In this document: positions 13,081-26,764 of the stretch, in pieces | Position numbering within the stretch: the stretch's first letter is position 1 | Layout: each line of letters opens with the position of its first letter | From: Octopus sinensis | Lineage: Eukaryota | Length of the DNA: 64,000 nt | NCBI RefSeq assembly: GCF_006345805.1 | Contig: NC_043024.1 | Span: forward strand, 17,422,001 to 17,486,000 | Direction: 5' to 3' | Notes under the pieces: generated by a model | What the model was told of the DNA's origin: nothing | Database searches by the model: none | What the model saw: the letters and a program-made list of their open reading frames with translations, nothing else | Position numbers and translations under genes: made by a program

Positions 13081-13233
13081 ACTCACGGAGTGGTTGGCGT
13101 TAGGAAGGGCATCCAGCCGTAGAAACACTGCCAGATTTGACTGGGCCTGATGAAGCCTTCTGGCTTCACAGACCCCAGTAGAACCGTCCAACCCATGCTA
13201 ACATGGAAAACGGACGCTAAACGATGATGATGA

Positions 13234-13236
<3 letters not shown>
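13081..13236 (+). mobile_element. SINE/LINE tail family C (gtggttggcgttaggaagggcatccag...ccaacccatgccagcatgg-(GAT)n; Ceph-domain/RTE-tail-like)
   Basis: Conserved motif with (gat)n tail; further copies at ~17590-17780(-), 17940-18135, 37650-37935(-), 48140-48275, 51835-52120, 55190-55500, 60330-60560, 61790-61960, 62250-62455, 63450-63690(-). Family name from recall. Confidence 0.75.
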
Positions 13237-13313
<77 letters not shown>

Positions 13314-14849
13314 CATACACATGCACACTAATAACGAACAGTGAGAATATGGCATTGATGGATAAATATTCTTTATTTGTGGGGAATAATATTCTTTATT
13401 TGTGGGGAAGCAAGGCTACCAAAAAGGAAAAAAAAAATTGTCCCATACACCTGAAAGTTACAGGATTAAACATTCAGAAAATCTCTCAATAATTCTCAAG
13501 CCTGCCACATAGAGTCATTGGTACCCATCTCCCATGGAGAGTACCAACCAATATTAGCCTTTTTTAAGTCCCAAATAAAGTATATGTATATGTGTGTGAA
13601 TGCTAGTGAAGCTAGGACAGGCAGTAGGGGCAGCACTTTTAAAGGGGCACCAGTTTTTCGTCTTCTGTAGGCAATATGTGTTTTTTGTGGGGTCTGGGGA
13701 TAGCAAACAGAAGGGCTGCCCTGGGCAGCTCACACTTTAGCTATGCTAGTGCACATGAGTGTATTTGTGTGTGTGTGTGTACACATACATATAGTTACAC
13801 ACACATACATGCACACACAATGTTTCCCAATGTGGTATTTTTGTCAGCACTAGCATGGACCATTCCAGTACAATATGGTGCTTTATCTCAAGAAATACAT
13901 CTATCTTCACTATTGTCATATTTGGAGAGATTCTATGCCATGAGCAATGGAATCATTCTGCCTATGCACAGCTCAGTGATTGAGCATTAATAACTGGTGG
14001 TGTTCTGTCAAACTGTTGTTCTGTGTCGGATAAATCCAACAGTCAACCGACTATATTACAAGGTCATCCCCACTTTTATGCCTTTCTTTGTCCAGGAAGG
14101 ACCAACAGTTTTATTGTGTCTCATAGTTTTGGTTAAAATGGTTGTAGGGCAGAATAAACTGAATGATTTGACCACTGAAACTTTTTCCCTTGGTCCAAAT
14201 TCTCACCATTTTCTTCAAGTACTACTTGAGAAAGATCATAGAAATTTCTGTTGTTGGACCCAGGGTCCAGTGAAAGTGCTTGGAAACTAGTTCAGCTCAG
14301 ATCTTTCAGTGCAGAAAAACTGACATGGAATTGTAAGTGGAGAAGCCAGTCTCCCTCAGAAATGGATTGAGTAGAAGAAGTCCTTTAGAAGTTGAGCCAC
14401 AGTGACTAATATGTATATGACTATGGTGGTGTACTTTTACCTGACTTATCCCAAGAAGCACTTGACCAACTAGGCCAGACCGTATGCTTTTTCTTTTCTT
14501 GAAGACTTGACTGGTGCTGTGAACAATGATAGAATGGTTAAAGAATATTATAGAAGAATATTTTGAAATATGGTAGCCGAGGAATTCCTCTTACAACAAT
14601 ATCTTCGTTGCATACATTTTTGTCAATAAGGCATTTGAGAACACATTATGTGAGAGAGGATAGAGAGAGATTGTTAATATAAAAATTTAGGGTTTGATGC
14701 AAAGTTTTTCTTTGTTCAACTATCAAATATAAATATTTCTTTGGACCATATCCTATCCTTATATCAGTTGAAAATCTTGTAATCAAATCCAGCTGTTTCT
14801 CATTGTAAATATTTTTTGTGTAATTCTTCAGATTATCAAAGAAATATTA

Positions 14850-15330
14850 GTTTACATTGGCGCCTCTTGTGGTTATAGGCCTTAACAATTAGCCAATGGA
14901 GTTTTGTAGAAGAAATGGCAGTTTAATGCCAGAATAGACAGAAATAGCACAGATAGAGTGTCTCTGGAATATTCCCTTTGAAATATTTATAAAATTGTTG
15001 ACCAAGTTTTTGTGAGTCTTTCAATGGCCACAACAATGACAGTAGATTTCTTTTGCCAAGTTGACCGATTCCATCAACCATGTGTGAGGAATAGAATCAA
15101 ATACCACTTTCTGTAATCAAGCCATATTGTCACAAGGTTTTTGCAGAGTTTTCTTACTTCAACCCACACAGCTTCATTCATCAAAAGTTGTTTGGCACAT
15201 CCCCGCCCTCCCTTCTTTCCACGTACCTGCTCATCAGTCTCTGCCTTCTTGGACACACAATGGTCTTGGAGGAATTGCTTCAGACAGCTTATATAATGTT
15301 TAAGAAAACAATACAACTACAGTTTTCTGC
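14850..15330 (-). mobile_element. R4/Dong-like (restriction-like endonuclease) LINE, RT fragment; weaker C-terminal remnants may extend to ~13850
   Basis: EQVRGKKGGRGCAKQLLMNEAVWVEVRKLCKNLVTIWLDYRKW resembles the R4/Dong RT motif EQKGC..GSRGCKDQLLI..KNLSMAWIDYKKA. Confidence 0.65.
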
Positions 15331-18300
15331 CAAGTTAGTGTTTTCATTTTTGGCTACAAGATTTGTGCGTGCCATGGCAAGCCAATTTGTTATGTCAATT
15401 TGGTCTTCCATAGTTCTTTGGAATATACGTGACTTTCACTATATTCCTCTCTGTGTCTGCATGTATGTGTGTATGGATGTATAAGTGTTTGTGTGTATGT
15501 ATATATGTAATTGTATATGTATGCATGTATATATATATATATGTATGTATGTAAATATATTTCTATGTGCAAGAATGTATGTATTATATGAGTGTATGCT
15601 TGTATGTGCGTACATAAGTATGCATGTAGGTAAATATATTTATGTATTTGTGTGTGTATTTATCTAAGTCTTTTATTAATGTATGTATGCATAAATCTAT
15701 GAATCATTGTATGTGTATATGAATCTGTGCTTCAATGTATGTAAAAGTCTCTGCATCTATCTATGTATATATATATGTATGTATGTATGTATGTTATTTT
15801 GAGTTTCATAAGATGTTTTCAACCACTTATGGAACCGGAGGTGATGCCGGTTAATACCGGAAACACCCACAGACAACAAGTATTTATTTTTTAAATATAG
15901 AAATTGATATAATATAGCATAATGTAGCACATAATGAATTGTTGTTGTTGTAGTTGTTATTATTTTTGATATTATTATCATTATTGCTCTTAGTTTTGTT
16001 GTTATTGCTGTTGTTGTTGTTTTTGGTGGTGGTGGTGTGGTGCTGCAGTTGTTAATGTTGTTGGTGTATATTCTTCATCAATGAAAAGGAGTTTTATTTT
16101 TAAGAATTTTCAGCATAGAATTTTACAGCTAATTTTTTTTTTTCTATTTTGGTAACATTACACACACACGCCACACACACACACGTATATATTCATATAA
16201 ACCCACACATATTATACTTTTTTGTTTCTGCATTATGTTAATTTGTCTTGGAATAAAAGACAGCAGTTCTACAAAGTTTGGTCACTGGAACCTTTGTAAA
16301 AAGGATATTTTCTTGTTATGTCGTTAATGGTTCTTCTCAATTAATTAAAAGTTGGCTGAATATCGATTTAATTTATTCTTGAATGTATAATCACCTACCA
16401 CCTGTATATACATACACATAAACATATATATACATACAGACACTGTTTATACATACAGACATAGTCACACACTTACACACAGGCAAGCTGTTTAAACATG
16501 TGTGTTCAGAACACATACACATACACACATATATATACACAAGCACATATTTAGACAGAGTAACATACACATATACAGGAACACATACAATAACACTGAT
16601 AAACACCAACGGACATATATTTAAAAATACATGCAGATATACACAGACCCACAGATGCATGCACACACACATACACACTCGCATATACATTACAGAGAAA
16701 CATACACACACAAATGCTCATATATACATACAAGCACACACACAAATACTCATATATAAATACAAACACACACACACACACACACACACACAAATACTCA
16801 TATATACATGCAAGCATACGCAAATACTCATATATACATACAAGCACACACACGCACTCACACTCATATACATACAGAGAAACATACACACGTGCATACA
16901 CATACATATACCTCATACAAACATACAAGTTAATATTGGCAAGCGTTTTTATCCATTTCTCTTGCTCTTTTCTGTTTCAACTGACCTATTTTTCATGATG
17001 CAGTCTAATCTTAAGCTGGATATACGGATGGAGCATTCCTTGATGATGCTGCCACCTGATTTTACCACTTCTCTCAATACTCTGCTGCCACCTGTGAATC
17101 AGGTATAATATGGGTTCAGCTCTGGTTGTCATCATCATGAATGTATCTTGGACAGTTTAGTTTCATGCCACTGATTCCTCTCCAAGCTTTTATCCACAAA
17201 TGTAGGCCTCTACCTGAGCCATACCTTGGTCTCAAACACTTGCCTGTTGACCTGAGCAAAAGTTCCTTTGATCTAGTCAGTGACTCCGTTGGAAACCTTA
17301 TCCCGAGACTTTTGCTGTCTGGTGCAATGTTCAAACTTGGATTAACTTGGATTAGCCCAAGTGGAGTATGGCACTTGGAGCCATCGAGTGAAAGATTAAG
17401 AGTTGAAATGAGGACAAGTGATGCCTGTCAGCATTACCATCCCTGACGGCATTACCATTCCTAACAAGTTGCAATTTCCAGATATCAAATGTACAATTTC
17501 TGTTCATCATCATCATTATCATCAACAACATTGCCACCACCACCATCACCATCATCATCATCATCATCATTATGAACATCACCATCAACATCATCATTTA
17601 ACATCTATTTTCCATGCTAGCATGGGTTGCATAGTTTGATAAGATTCAGTAAGCTGTAGGACTGTGTCAAGCTCCAATGTCTGCTTTGCCATGGTTTTTT
17701 ATGGCTGGATACCCTTCCTAATGCCAACCACTTTACAGAGTGTGGTGGTTGCTTTTTTCATTGTGCTGGCACTAGTGAGATTGGCAAGTAACTTGCAACT
17801 TAGAAAAACCACAACTAAGTAGGGCTGGATGAGCATTTGGCAGTTGGAGATGGCTTTATGCCAGATGTGGAGAGGCTTAAATATTATAGACAAACAAGCA
17901 CAGTTGTTTTTGTGATAGAGGAGATACATAGCTTGACTGGCTCTCATGCTGGTGGCACGTAAAAAGCACCCACTACACTCTCTAAGTGGTTGGTGTTAGG
18001 AAGGGCATCCAACTGTAGAAACTCTGCCAGATCAAGATTGGAGCCTGGTGCAGCCATCTGGTTCGCCAGCCCTCAGTCAAATCGTCCAACCCATACTTGC
18101 ATGGAAAGCGGATGTTAAACGATGATGATGATGATAGCTACCCTGCAGCACGTAAGGGTGGGTGAGAGTAGCTGGAAAGGAGTTAAAGATGGTTGTGATG
18201 AGGGTGCTAGAGCAAACCCCCAGGGTACAACACGATGGGCATAAGAGAGGATACAGGGAGTGGATCGGGGGTTGGAGTGGGGTAGTTTCCATAAGTGTGT

Positions 18301-18909
18301 GTGAGGGAACAGTAACTGATGGTTAGAGATTGGGGTAGGAGTTAAGGCAGTGAGTAATAAACAAGGGTGGAGGTATGATGGATGGGAAACACCAGTATGG
18401 AAAGATGTAAGGTGAGAGATGTAGGTGGAGCTTGAGACAGTTCTTCATGTACAGTTCTCCATACATCTGATGAATTGGGTTTGCTCTGTCACCCCAAAAA
18501 ATTAAGTAATGTTAAATTGAGCCAGCCTGTTATTGAATACTTACAACTCCAAGTTAAATGTATTGAGTGCTACCCCTGTATGCGTATGTGTGTGTCAATT
18601 GATCACGTGATTGACCAGGCTATCAGATATTGTTACACATCACTGGTCACAGTGCACTTTTGCATTGTTGCCACCTTCAAATGATACTAGCCACTGGCCA
18701 ACATCCCCCAGCCCCCACTGACCAAAAATGGGGCTGGAGTAATGTGAAAGGAAGTGTTTTCTTGAAGAACATAATATGCCACTCAGGGGATCAAACCCAT
18801 GATACAGGAATTGTAAGCACAACAGCCTTGCCACTTGGCCACACACATATATATGTGTGTGTGTGTGTATATATAAATATGTGTGTGTATATATATAAAA
18901 ATATGTGTA

Positions 18910-18958
<49 letters not shown>

Positions 18959-19110
18959 GCACACACATGCCAACACACTTTGAAAGTGAGTGTTTGGAAG
19001 ATGCTAGATGACGTAAATTTCTTCTTACTCTTCAACTTAGAATCCCTAACAGACTCAGGTTTGAATAAATGTTCAATAGATATTCTTAGAGGTATTGAAC
19101 ACATATTAAA

Positions 19111-19328
19111 TATTCTTTTCTACTCTAGGCACAAGGCCCTAAATGTTTTGTGAGGGGGCCCAGTCGATTAGATCGACCCCAGCATGCAACTGGTACTTAA
19201 TTTATTGACCCTGTAAATATGAAAGACAAAGTTGACCTTGGTGGGATTTGAACTCAGAACGTAAAGACAGATGAAATACTGCTAAACATTTTGCCTGGCG
19301 TGCTAACGTTTCTGCCAGCTCGCCGCCT
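19111..19328 (-). mobile_element. SINE family B (tRNA-like head, gcctttcatcctttcggggtcgataaattaagtaccag core; Meta-domain-like)
   Basis: Full-length copy; others at 20467-20692(+), 21490-22600(-, cluster), 26410-26640(+), 27110-27326(-), 35527-35748(+), 42765-42930(+), 49830-49970(+). Confidence 0.8.
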
Positions 19329-19530
19329 TTGTGTACTTATTTATTGCAGCAGTGAACAGATGTGTGTGTGTATGTATGTATATATGAATAAAAGTTGTAA
19401 CGTAGTATTCTTTACATACATAAATACCTACACACACACACACATATAAAATACACACACACACTCATATATATATACATCCACACATATACACTTATAT
19501 ATAAACACATATACATATATATACATACAT

Positions 19531-19573
<43 letters not shown>

Positions 19574-21489
19574 CACACTTACACACCATTTATTTATATA
19601 TTTTGAGGAACGACTATTTTAGAAGCAACCAGAATATTTTTGACTCATGTTACGTAATATATTTCTGAAAAAAAATTAATTAATTACTAACATTCGTTTC
19701 TCTTTGTTGTTGTTGCTATTTTTTGTTCTTGTTATTGTTGTTGTTGTTGTTGTTGTTGTTGTGTTTGCAGTTGCAGTATCATCAACATCATCATCACCAT
19801 ATCATCACCATGCTGTCCTCGTCATCATCATTATTTTCATTTCAGTTCTGTTATATTCCATGGGTGGAATGGTTTACATGTCTTTTTTCTTTTATTCATT
19901 ATTATTACCGTTTATTTATTTATTTTTGATAATGCCCCACCTCTAGCCTACTCACCCCCCACACACTTTCTTCAATTTATTTCCGCAAATTTGAATGTAA
20001 AATTTTTTAAAATTGGAAATAATTACACAACATTAAATAATATTTGAATGTCGTTATAATCTAAATGAGAAGGCCAGCATTAAATTGGTTCTCTCTCTCT
20101 CCTAGCACTGCCTACCCCCACCCGACTACCGGATGTGGGGGAGATGTCAGAATATTATTTTAACTTGTAATATTGTGAAGGGGTTTTGTAAAGGAATTTT
20201 TTTCTTTTGAATTAAATAATTTAGTGACCAGACAGGTAAAAAACTGCCTGTCCCCACCACTTTCCAAAGAACAGTGCTAGTGTTGTCTTTTGCTAACAGA
20301 TAGTTATAACCATTTCAAATGTTATAACCATTTCATGTGGTCCCATGTACCAGCAATAGTCCAGTATCAAACAAATATGAGTAGAATGGTCCACCATTCT
20401 CCATGCATCTCAGACATGCATAGCTAATGGCACCTCTGTGACTACAGAGGTTTTCTGAAACCAGTAAAGGCAGCGAACTGGCAGAAACGTTAGCACACCG
20501 GACGAAATGCTTAGCGGTATTTCGTCTGTCTTTACGTTCTGAGTTCAAATTCCGCCGAGGTTGACTTTACCTTTCATCCTTTCGCGGTCGATAAATTAAG
20601 TACCAGTTACGTGCTGGGGTCGATATAATCGTCTTAATCCCTTTGTCTGTCCTTGTTTGTCCCCTCTATGTTTAGCCCCTTGTGGGTAGTAATGTCCTCT
20701 GGTCTCTCTTCCTGTTCAGGGATTCCTGGAAATTATCCATTGACCTCAAGTCAAAAGTCTCCTGAAAGTGATTACTTAGCTAGTCTTCTTTGACACCCAG
20801 GGACTCCCTCAACGATTGTTATAGCTCATACCCACCTGAGCTTGTGTCATAAACAAATTTCTCTAAACTATTTTGATACCAAGCTGCCCAAGACCACCCC
20901 TGGTTCTATTATACAGACTTCTGGTTTTCAGATCGTTTAAATTAAAATCTTGTCAAAATTATTCATAACTTTAAGTGCCAAACACCAGCTTAATAAGGAC
21001 AAAGTTGTTTTACTAAATTCTTCACTATTTTCAAAATTAATTGTAACAAAGACTGTATTTCAACAGAAATATGGTGACAAGGGTTAATCCTCTAGGAACA
21101 GTTCGTATTTTGTTATCTGTTGATAGATAGGGGCTGTTGTCTTCACCAACAGTCCATCCCTTCGTTATTTCTAGAGGAATCTTCTTTATTTACTCCCACC
21201 TTCAATAATTTTCCTCTGTTTCTATCAATTTTTCATTCTTCTTGACTTCTGTGAAGTTGAGGAACCCTTTGGCAGGGGACTCTAACTTCCTGTTCTTTAA
21301 CTAGGATCTTTTAATTTTGGGCCCCTTCTCCAACCCCCAACTGGAATCAGCTTGTAATTAAGCTTCATTTGCTCCCCTTCATCACAAGGCACCCTTCAAT
21401 TTCTGGCCTTCTGTTCCCTTAATATAACTGACTGCTCCCTCTTTGCAATTTCTGGCACAGGAAACCCTTATATTGATTAAAAATTTTGG

Positions 21490-22600
21490 CACCACACCAG
21501 CAGTTTTGAGGGGAGGGTGTAAGTCAATAGCATCAACCCCAGTGCATTACTGGTATTTATTTTATCAACCCTGAAAGGATGAAAGGAAGAGTTGACAACA
21601 TCAGAACTGGAACTGCTTTGAGATTTGACTATGTGGGTGAAATATCACAAGGCGTTATGTACAGCATGCTAACAATTCTGCCAACTCGTTGCCTGAAGAA
21701 ACTCTTTTATTCTTTTCTACTCTAGGCACAAGGCCTGAAATTTTGAGGGAAGTGGAGGGCCAGTCGATTAGATCGAGCCCAGTACACAACTGGTACTTAA
21801 TTTATCAAGCCCGAAAAGATGAAAGACAAAGTTTACCTCAGTGGAATTTAAACTCAGAACACGAAGACAGATGAAATACTGCTAAGCATTTTGCCCAGTG
21901 TGCTAACGTTCTGCTAGCTCGCCACCTTTCAAGCACAACATATTCTTTTCTGCTCTAGGCACAAGACCCAAAATTTTGGAGAAGGAACCTGTTGATTAGA
22001 TCAGTCTCAGCATGTAACTGGTACTTAATTTATTGCCCCCCTCCAAAGGACAAAAGGCATCCACCGCAGTACTTGAGTAGTACTTTATTTATTGACTCCA
22101 AAAGGATGAAAGTCGCCCTCAGTGGAATTTGAACTCAGAACATAAAGACAGACAAAATGCCACTAAGGATTTCGCCCAGCATGCTAACTTTTCTGCTAGC
22201 TCACCACCTTTCAAGCACAATGTATTCTTTCCTGCTCTAGGTACAAGGACTGAAATTTTAGGGGAGGGAGCCTGTCGATTAGATTGACCCCAGTATGCAA
22301 CTGGTACTTAATTTATCGACCCTGCCAAAATGATGAAAGGCAAAGTCGACCTTAGTGGAATTTGACCTCAGAATGTAAAAACTGACAAAAACCACTAAGC
22401 ATTTCACCCAATGTGCTAACGTTTCTGCCAGCTTGCCGCCTTTTAAGAAACTCTTTTATTAACAATAAAATCAAGTAATTTTGAGGTTGACTTTGGCAGC
22501 ATTTGAACTCAGATCGTGAAATTACACAATGCGTAAAATGCACAGCATTAAGTTAAAGCACTGCACCATTTCTGCAGTTCTGCCAGCTCAACGTGTATTG
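21490..22600 (-). repeat. Head-to-tail cluster of at least five family B SINE copies
   Basis: Repeated tattcttttct(a/g)ctctaggcacaagg...gctcgccaccttt units; shared spacer ttcaagcacaa. Confidence 0.85.
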
Positions 22601-22959
22601 GCAATATCAAATTGTCTGACTAATTTGTTGAAATATCTTCAACAAATTTTCCACAGATGATGTCAAGAAAATTAAGTTATTTCAATTCTTCTGTCGAGTT
22701 TTAATCAGTTTAACAATTTATTTATTGTACAACCATCTCACAGAATTCAATTAGAGATTTTAATACACGTGTAGGATGCACTGTATGTGCATGTGTGTGT
22801 GCATGTGTATGTAAAATGCAGATGTGTAAGAGTGTGTCGTATTTGGATGAAAGTATACACACACATACAATCACACAAACATACTAAATATGTGTCTGTA
22901 TGTTTTTAAAAATATGTGAAAACAGATGATACACACACAGTATAAGATAGAAAGGGAGA

Positions 22960-22998
22960 GAGAGATAGATAGATAGATAGATAGATAGACACATAGAT

Positions 22999-23081
<83 letters not shown>

Positions 23082-23280
23082 GTAGATTGATAGATAGACA
23101 CATAGATAGATAAGATAGACCGATAGATAGATTGATGATAGATAGATAGATAAAGAGAGAAAGAGATAGATAGATAGATAGATAGATAGATATATAGACA
23201 GACAGACAGACAGACAAACAGATAGATAAATAAGATAGGCAGATAGATAGACAGACAGACAGATAGATAGATAGACAGAT
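22960..23280. repeat. (AGAT)n/(AGAC)n microsatellite
   Basis: Direct inspection. Confidence 0.95.
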
Positions 23281-23376
23281 TTGTGCAAATATAGGTATGC
23301 TTTTGTAAATATACACATATGATGTATATAGTTGTAGGTATATATATGTGTGTGTGTGTGTGTATTTATATATGGA

Positions 23377-24080
23377 TTCCCCTGAGGGGAAACAAAACCT
23401 CATTGGTTAAATCTTGAAATCATATGATAGGGTCTTATCAAATTACTTCATTCAGCAACTTTTATCTCATTGCTGATTTTGTGTGGCTATTCAAACTATA
23501 CATTTTAGCTCTTATTTCTAGCAAGTGGAAGTGCTATTTGAACCCTTATTTACGTATTCTACCTTTTGGGATTTTAATTGCTTTAGCCACCTATATAATA
23601 AAGTATTTAATATATCATAATATTAATTTATTGTTATAATATCTTATTGTATGTTTATATACAGTTAAACTGCTTTGAATTTGGCACTGATAGTTCAATG
23701 GTTATTTTCCTCATGAGCTAATGAAAAGCAATCTATCTCTTTAACCTGGAATCAATTGTGGAGGCTCCTGACGAGAAACGAAACCTTATTGTTTAAATTT
23801 TGAAATCATATGATGGAGCCTTATCAAATTACTTCATTGAGCGAGTTTTATCTTGCTGGAGTAAGATGCTGTGGCTTGCCACTTGCAGTCCCTTTAAACA
23901 TCTCATGAGGTTAGTCATTTTATGTGGCTATTCTTAGTTATATTTTTTAGCTGTTATTTCTAGCAATTGTAGGTACTATATTGCACTCTAATTCATGTAT
24001 TATACCTTTTGTGTTTTTAATTGCTTTAGCAACCTATATTATAACATATTTGATACATCATAATATTGATTTATCATTAT
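23377..24080 (+). mobile_element. Tandem dimer (period 386 bp) of an HHR-headed non-coding unit (retrozyme-like or tandem pLTR)
   Basis: Both units start with a stem I-CTGANGN-stem II-GAAATCATATGAT motif (23382, 23768) followed by homologous ttatcaaattacttcatt...ttttaattgctttagc sequence. Confidence 0.75.
23763..23820 (+). ncRNA. Hammerhead ribozyme motif with perfect palindromic stem III; H17=G, probably inactive
   Basis: ggctc-CTGACGA-gaaac..tttt-GAA-ATCATATGAT-G-gagcc. Confidence 0.6.
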
Positions 24081-24183
24081 TTGTACATATATATATATTA
24101 TATACACACACACACATATATATATGGATGTAATGGTGTATAGATTTATGCAAATTTGTGTTTTTATTAATATTTAATTAATA

Positions 24184-24350
24184 GGCATAGGAGTGGCTGT
24201 GTGGTAAGTAGCTTGCCTACCAACCACATGGTTCCAGGTTCAGTCCCACTGCATGGCACCTTGGGCAAGTGTCTTCTACTATAGCCTTGGGCTGATCAAA
24301 GCCTTGTGAGTGGATTTGGTAAACGGAAACTGAAAGAAGCCCGTCATATA

Positions 24351-24411
<61 letters not shown>

Positions 24412-24630
24412 GTATATGTATGTGTGTGTGTGTTTGTGTGTCTGTGTTTGTCCCCCTAGCATTGCTTGACAACCGATGCTGGTGTGTTTATGTCCCCATA
24501 ACTTAGTGGTTCGGCAAAAGAGACCAATAGAATAAGTACTAGACTTACAATGAATAAGTCCTGGGGTTGATTTGCTTGACTAAAGGCGGTGCTCCAGCAT
24601 GGCCACAGAAAATGACTGAAACAAGTAAAA
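24184..24630 (+). mobile_element. SINE family A, full length
   Basis: Same head, central and tail blocks as 4515-4900. Confidence 0.85.
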
Positions 24631-24693
24631 ACATAAAAGTGTATTATATATATGTTTATGAATGTTTATTTATAAATATGAAGTGAAGTTATA

Positions 24694-24930
24694 CAGGGTG
24701 TTCAAAAAGTCTCTCCGCTGTGAATTCTTATTCATCCTGCACATCACCATGACACTACTTCAAGAGGTTTTTTGGTGAATGGATTATTTCGAAGGGACTT
24801 TGGCCACCAAGATCACCTGAATTAACACCTCCAGACACTTTTTTTCTGGGGAGTAAGTAAAGGATCAGTGTACAAGAATTGCCTGAAAACCATTAAATAC
24901 TTGCTGCGGAGAGACTTTGTGAACACCCTG
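24694..24930 (+). mobile_element. Internally deleted Tc1/mariner element (MITE-sized) retaining a transposase fragment
   Basis: TIRs cagggtgttcaaaaagtctctccgc / gcggagagactttgtgaacaccctg, left TA; encodes LWPPRSPELTPPDTFFWG. Confidence 0.8.
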
Positions 24931-25029
24931 CATAAAATCCAGCACCCTCAATTAGTGCTGCTTCATTAAAGCTCTTATTTTTCTTCTTGGTGACAATATT
25001 TTCAGCAGTATAGCTCTCTCTGCCTTTCT

Positions 25030-25580
25030 TTCTCTCTCTCTCTCTCATTCTCTCTCTGTTCCCTCTCCCCTCATTCACTCTCTTTCTCTCATTCTCTCCC
25101 TCTCTGTTGTTCTCTCTCCTCCTCATTCACCCTCTCTCATTCTTTCTCTCTCTCTCCCTCTCTGTTCTCTCTCCCGCTCATTCACTCTCTCTCATTCTTT
25201 CTCTCTCTCATTCTTTCTCTCTCTCTCCCTCTCTGTTCTCTCCCGCTCATTCACTCTCTCTCATTCTTTCTCTCTCTCATTCTTTCTCTCTCTCATTCTT
25301 TCTCTCTCTCATTCTTTCTCTCTCTCATTCTCTCTCTGTTCCCTCTCCCTTCATTTACTTTCATTCTTTCTCTCTTTCTCTGTTCTCTCTCCCTGTCTTT
25401 CATTCTCTCCCTCTCTTGTTCTTTCTCCCCCTCATTCACTCTCATTCTCTCTCTCTCTGTTCTCTCCCTCTCTGTTGTTCTCTCTCATCCTCATTCACTC
25501 TCATTCTCTCTTCTTCTCTCGCTCTCTCTCTGTTCTCCCTGCCTGTCTTTCATTCACTTCCTGTCTCTCTCTCTCTCTGT
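25030..25580. repeat. (CT)n / TCATTC-rich low-complexity tract
   Basis: Direct inspection. Confidence 0.9.
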
Positions 25581-25604
25581 TGCTCTCCCTCCCCAGGAAC
25601 ACTA

Positions 25605-26245
25605 CTGGCTTCATCACTCTCAGCCAAAGACAAAGAGACAATCCATGCAGTGGAAACACCCCCTCCTCACCTGCTCCAAAGAAGACCAAGGTCGTTTCAT
25701 TTGCAAGGAAGGTGATGGCTTCAATTTTTGGAGATACAAAAGGCATTGTGTTTATTTACTATCTTCAAAATGGTCATACGATCAATGGAGAGTACGGTGC
25801 CAACTTGCTGAGGCAGTTATGTAAAGCTATCAAGACCAAACACCCAGGAGAATTGGTGAAAGGGGTTTTGTTTCATGAACAAAATGCTCCATCACACAAG
25901 CCCTTGGTTTCAATGTCAGCTATGCATAATTGTTGCTTTGAACTGATTGATCACCCTCTCTATTCTCTTGATTTGGCCCTCTCTGAGAATCATCTTTTCC
26001 TCAAAATAAAAGAGAACATTCCTGTTTGGGAACCAGTGATGCAGTGATGATGACATCATGTCTGCTGTTGATGACTCTCTTGAGTAAGAGGATGAAAGCT
26101 TCTTCCTCAATGGGATCCAAGCACTGCAACACCGATGGAAGAAGTGTGTGGACTGCAAAGGAGTCTATGTTGGAAAATGAACCTCATTTGGTCAGATTCC
26201 ATGAGGGTATCTTCATCAGCCTATGAACTTTTCAGCCAACCCTAG
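25605..26245 (+). mobile_element. Mariner (DD34D-type) transposase remnant with right terminus
   Basis: SSPAPKKTKV..KVMASIFGDTKGIVFIYYL..TINGEY..LLRQL..GVLFHEQNAPSHK..HPLYSLDLALSENHLF is a degenerate mariner catalytic domain. Confidence 0.9.
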
Positions 26246-26267
26246 TATCTATATATATGTCCATAGT

Positions 26268-26727
26268 CTCTTACTTTTTTACTTGTTACAGTTATTTGAC
26301 TGTGGTCATGCTGGAGCACTGCCTTTATTCGAGCAAATCGACCCCAGGACATATTCTTTGTACGCCTAATACTTCTTCAATCGGTCTCTTTTGCCAAACC
26401 GCTAAGTTAAAGTGGCGAGCTGGCAAAATCGTTAGCATGCTGGTCAAAATTCTTAGCGGTATTTCGTCTGCCCCTATGTTCTGTGCTCAAATTCCAGTGA
26501 GGTCGACTTAGCCTTTCATTCTTTCAGGGTCGATTAAATAAGTACCAGTTACACACTGGGGTGATGTAATCGAATTAATCCCTTTGTCTGTCCTTTTTTG
26601 TCCCCTCTATGTTTGGCCTCTTGTGGGCAATAAAGAAATAAGTTATGGGGACGTAAACACATCAGCATCGGTTGTCAAGCAATGGTGGGGGGGGGACAAA
26701 CACAGACAGGCAAACATAGACAGACAA

Positions 26728-26764
<37 letters not shown>

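Noticed and set aside
13144-13175. ctgatgaagcc-ttct-ggcttc, resembling an HHR start
   Set aside because: No GAAA or stem III after the hairpin; lies inside a family C repeat
15830-15875. gatg-ccggt taat accgg-aaac hairpin, HHR-like
   Set aside because: CUGA and GAAA boxes are both incomplete
17000-17420. GC-balanced non-repetitive stretch with ORFs on both strands
   Set aside because: No recognisable motif or convincing splice signals; probably an old LINE fragment, but I could not assign it
21490-22600. Repeat-spacer appearance suggestive of a CRISPR-like array
   Set aside because: Units are 220-280-bp SINE copies in a eukaryotic context, with no unique spacers
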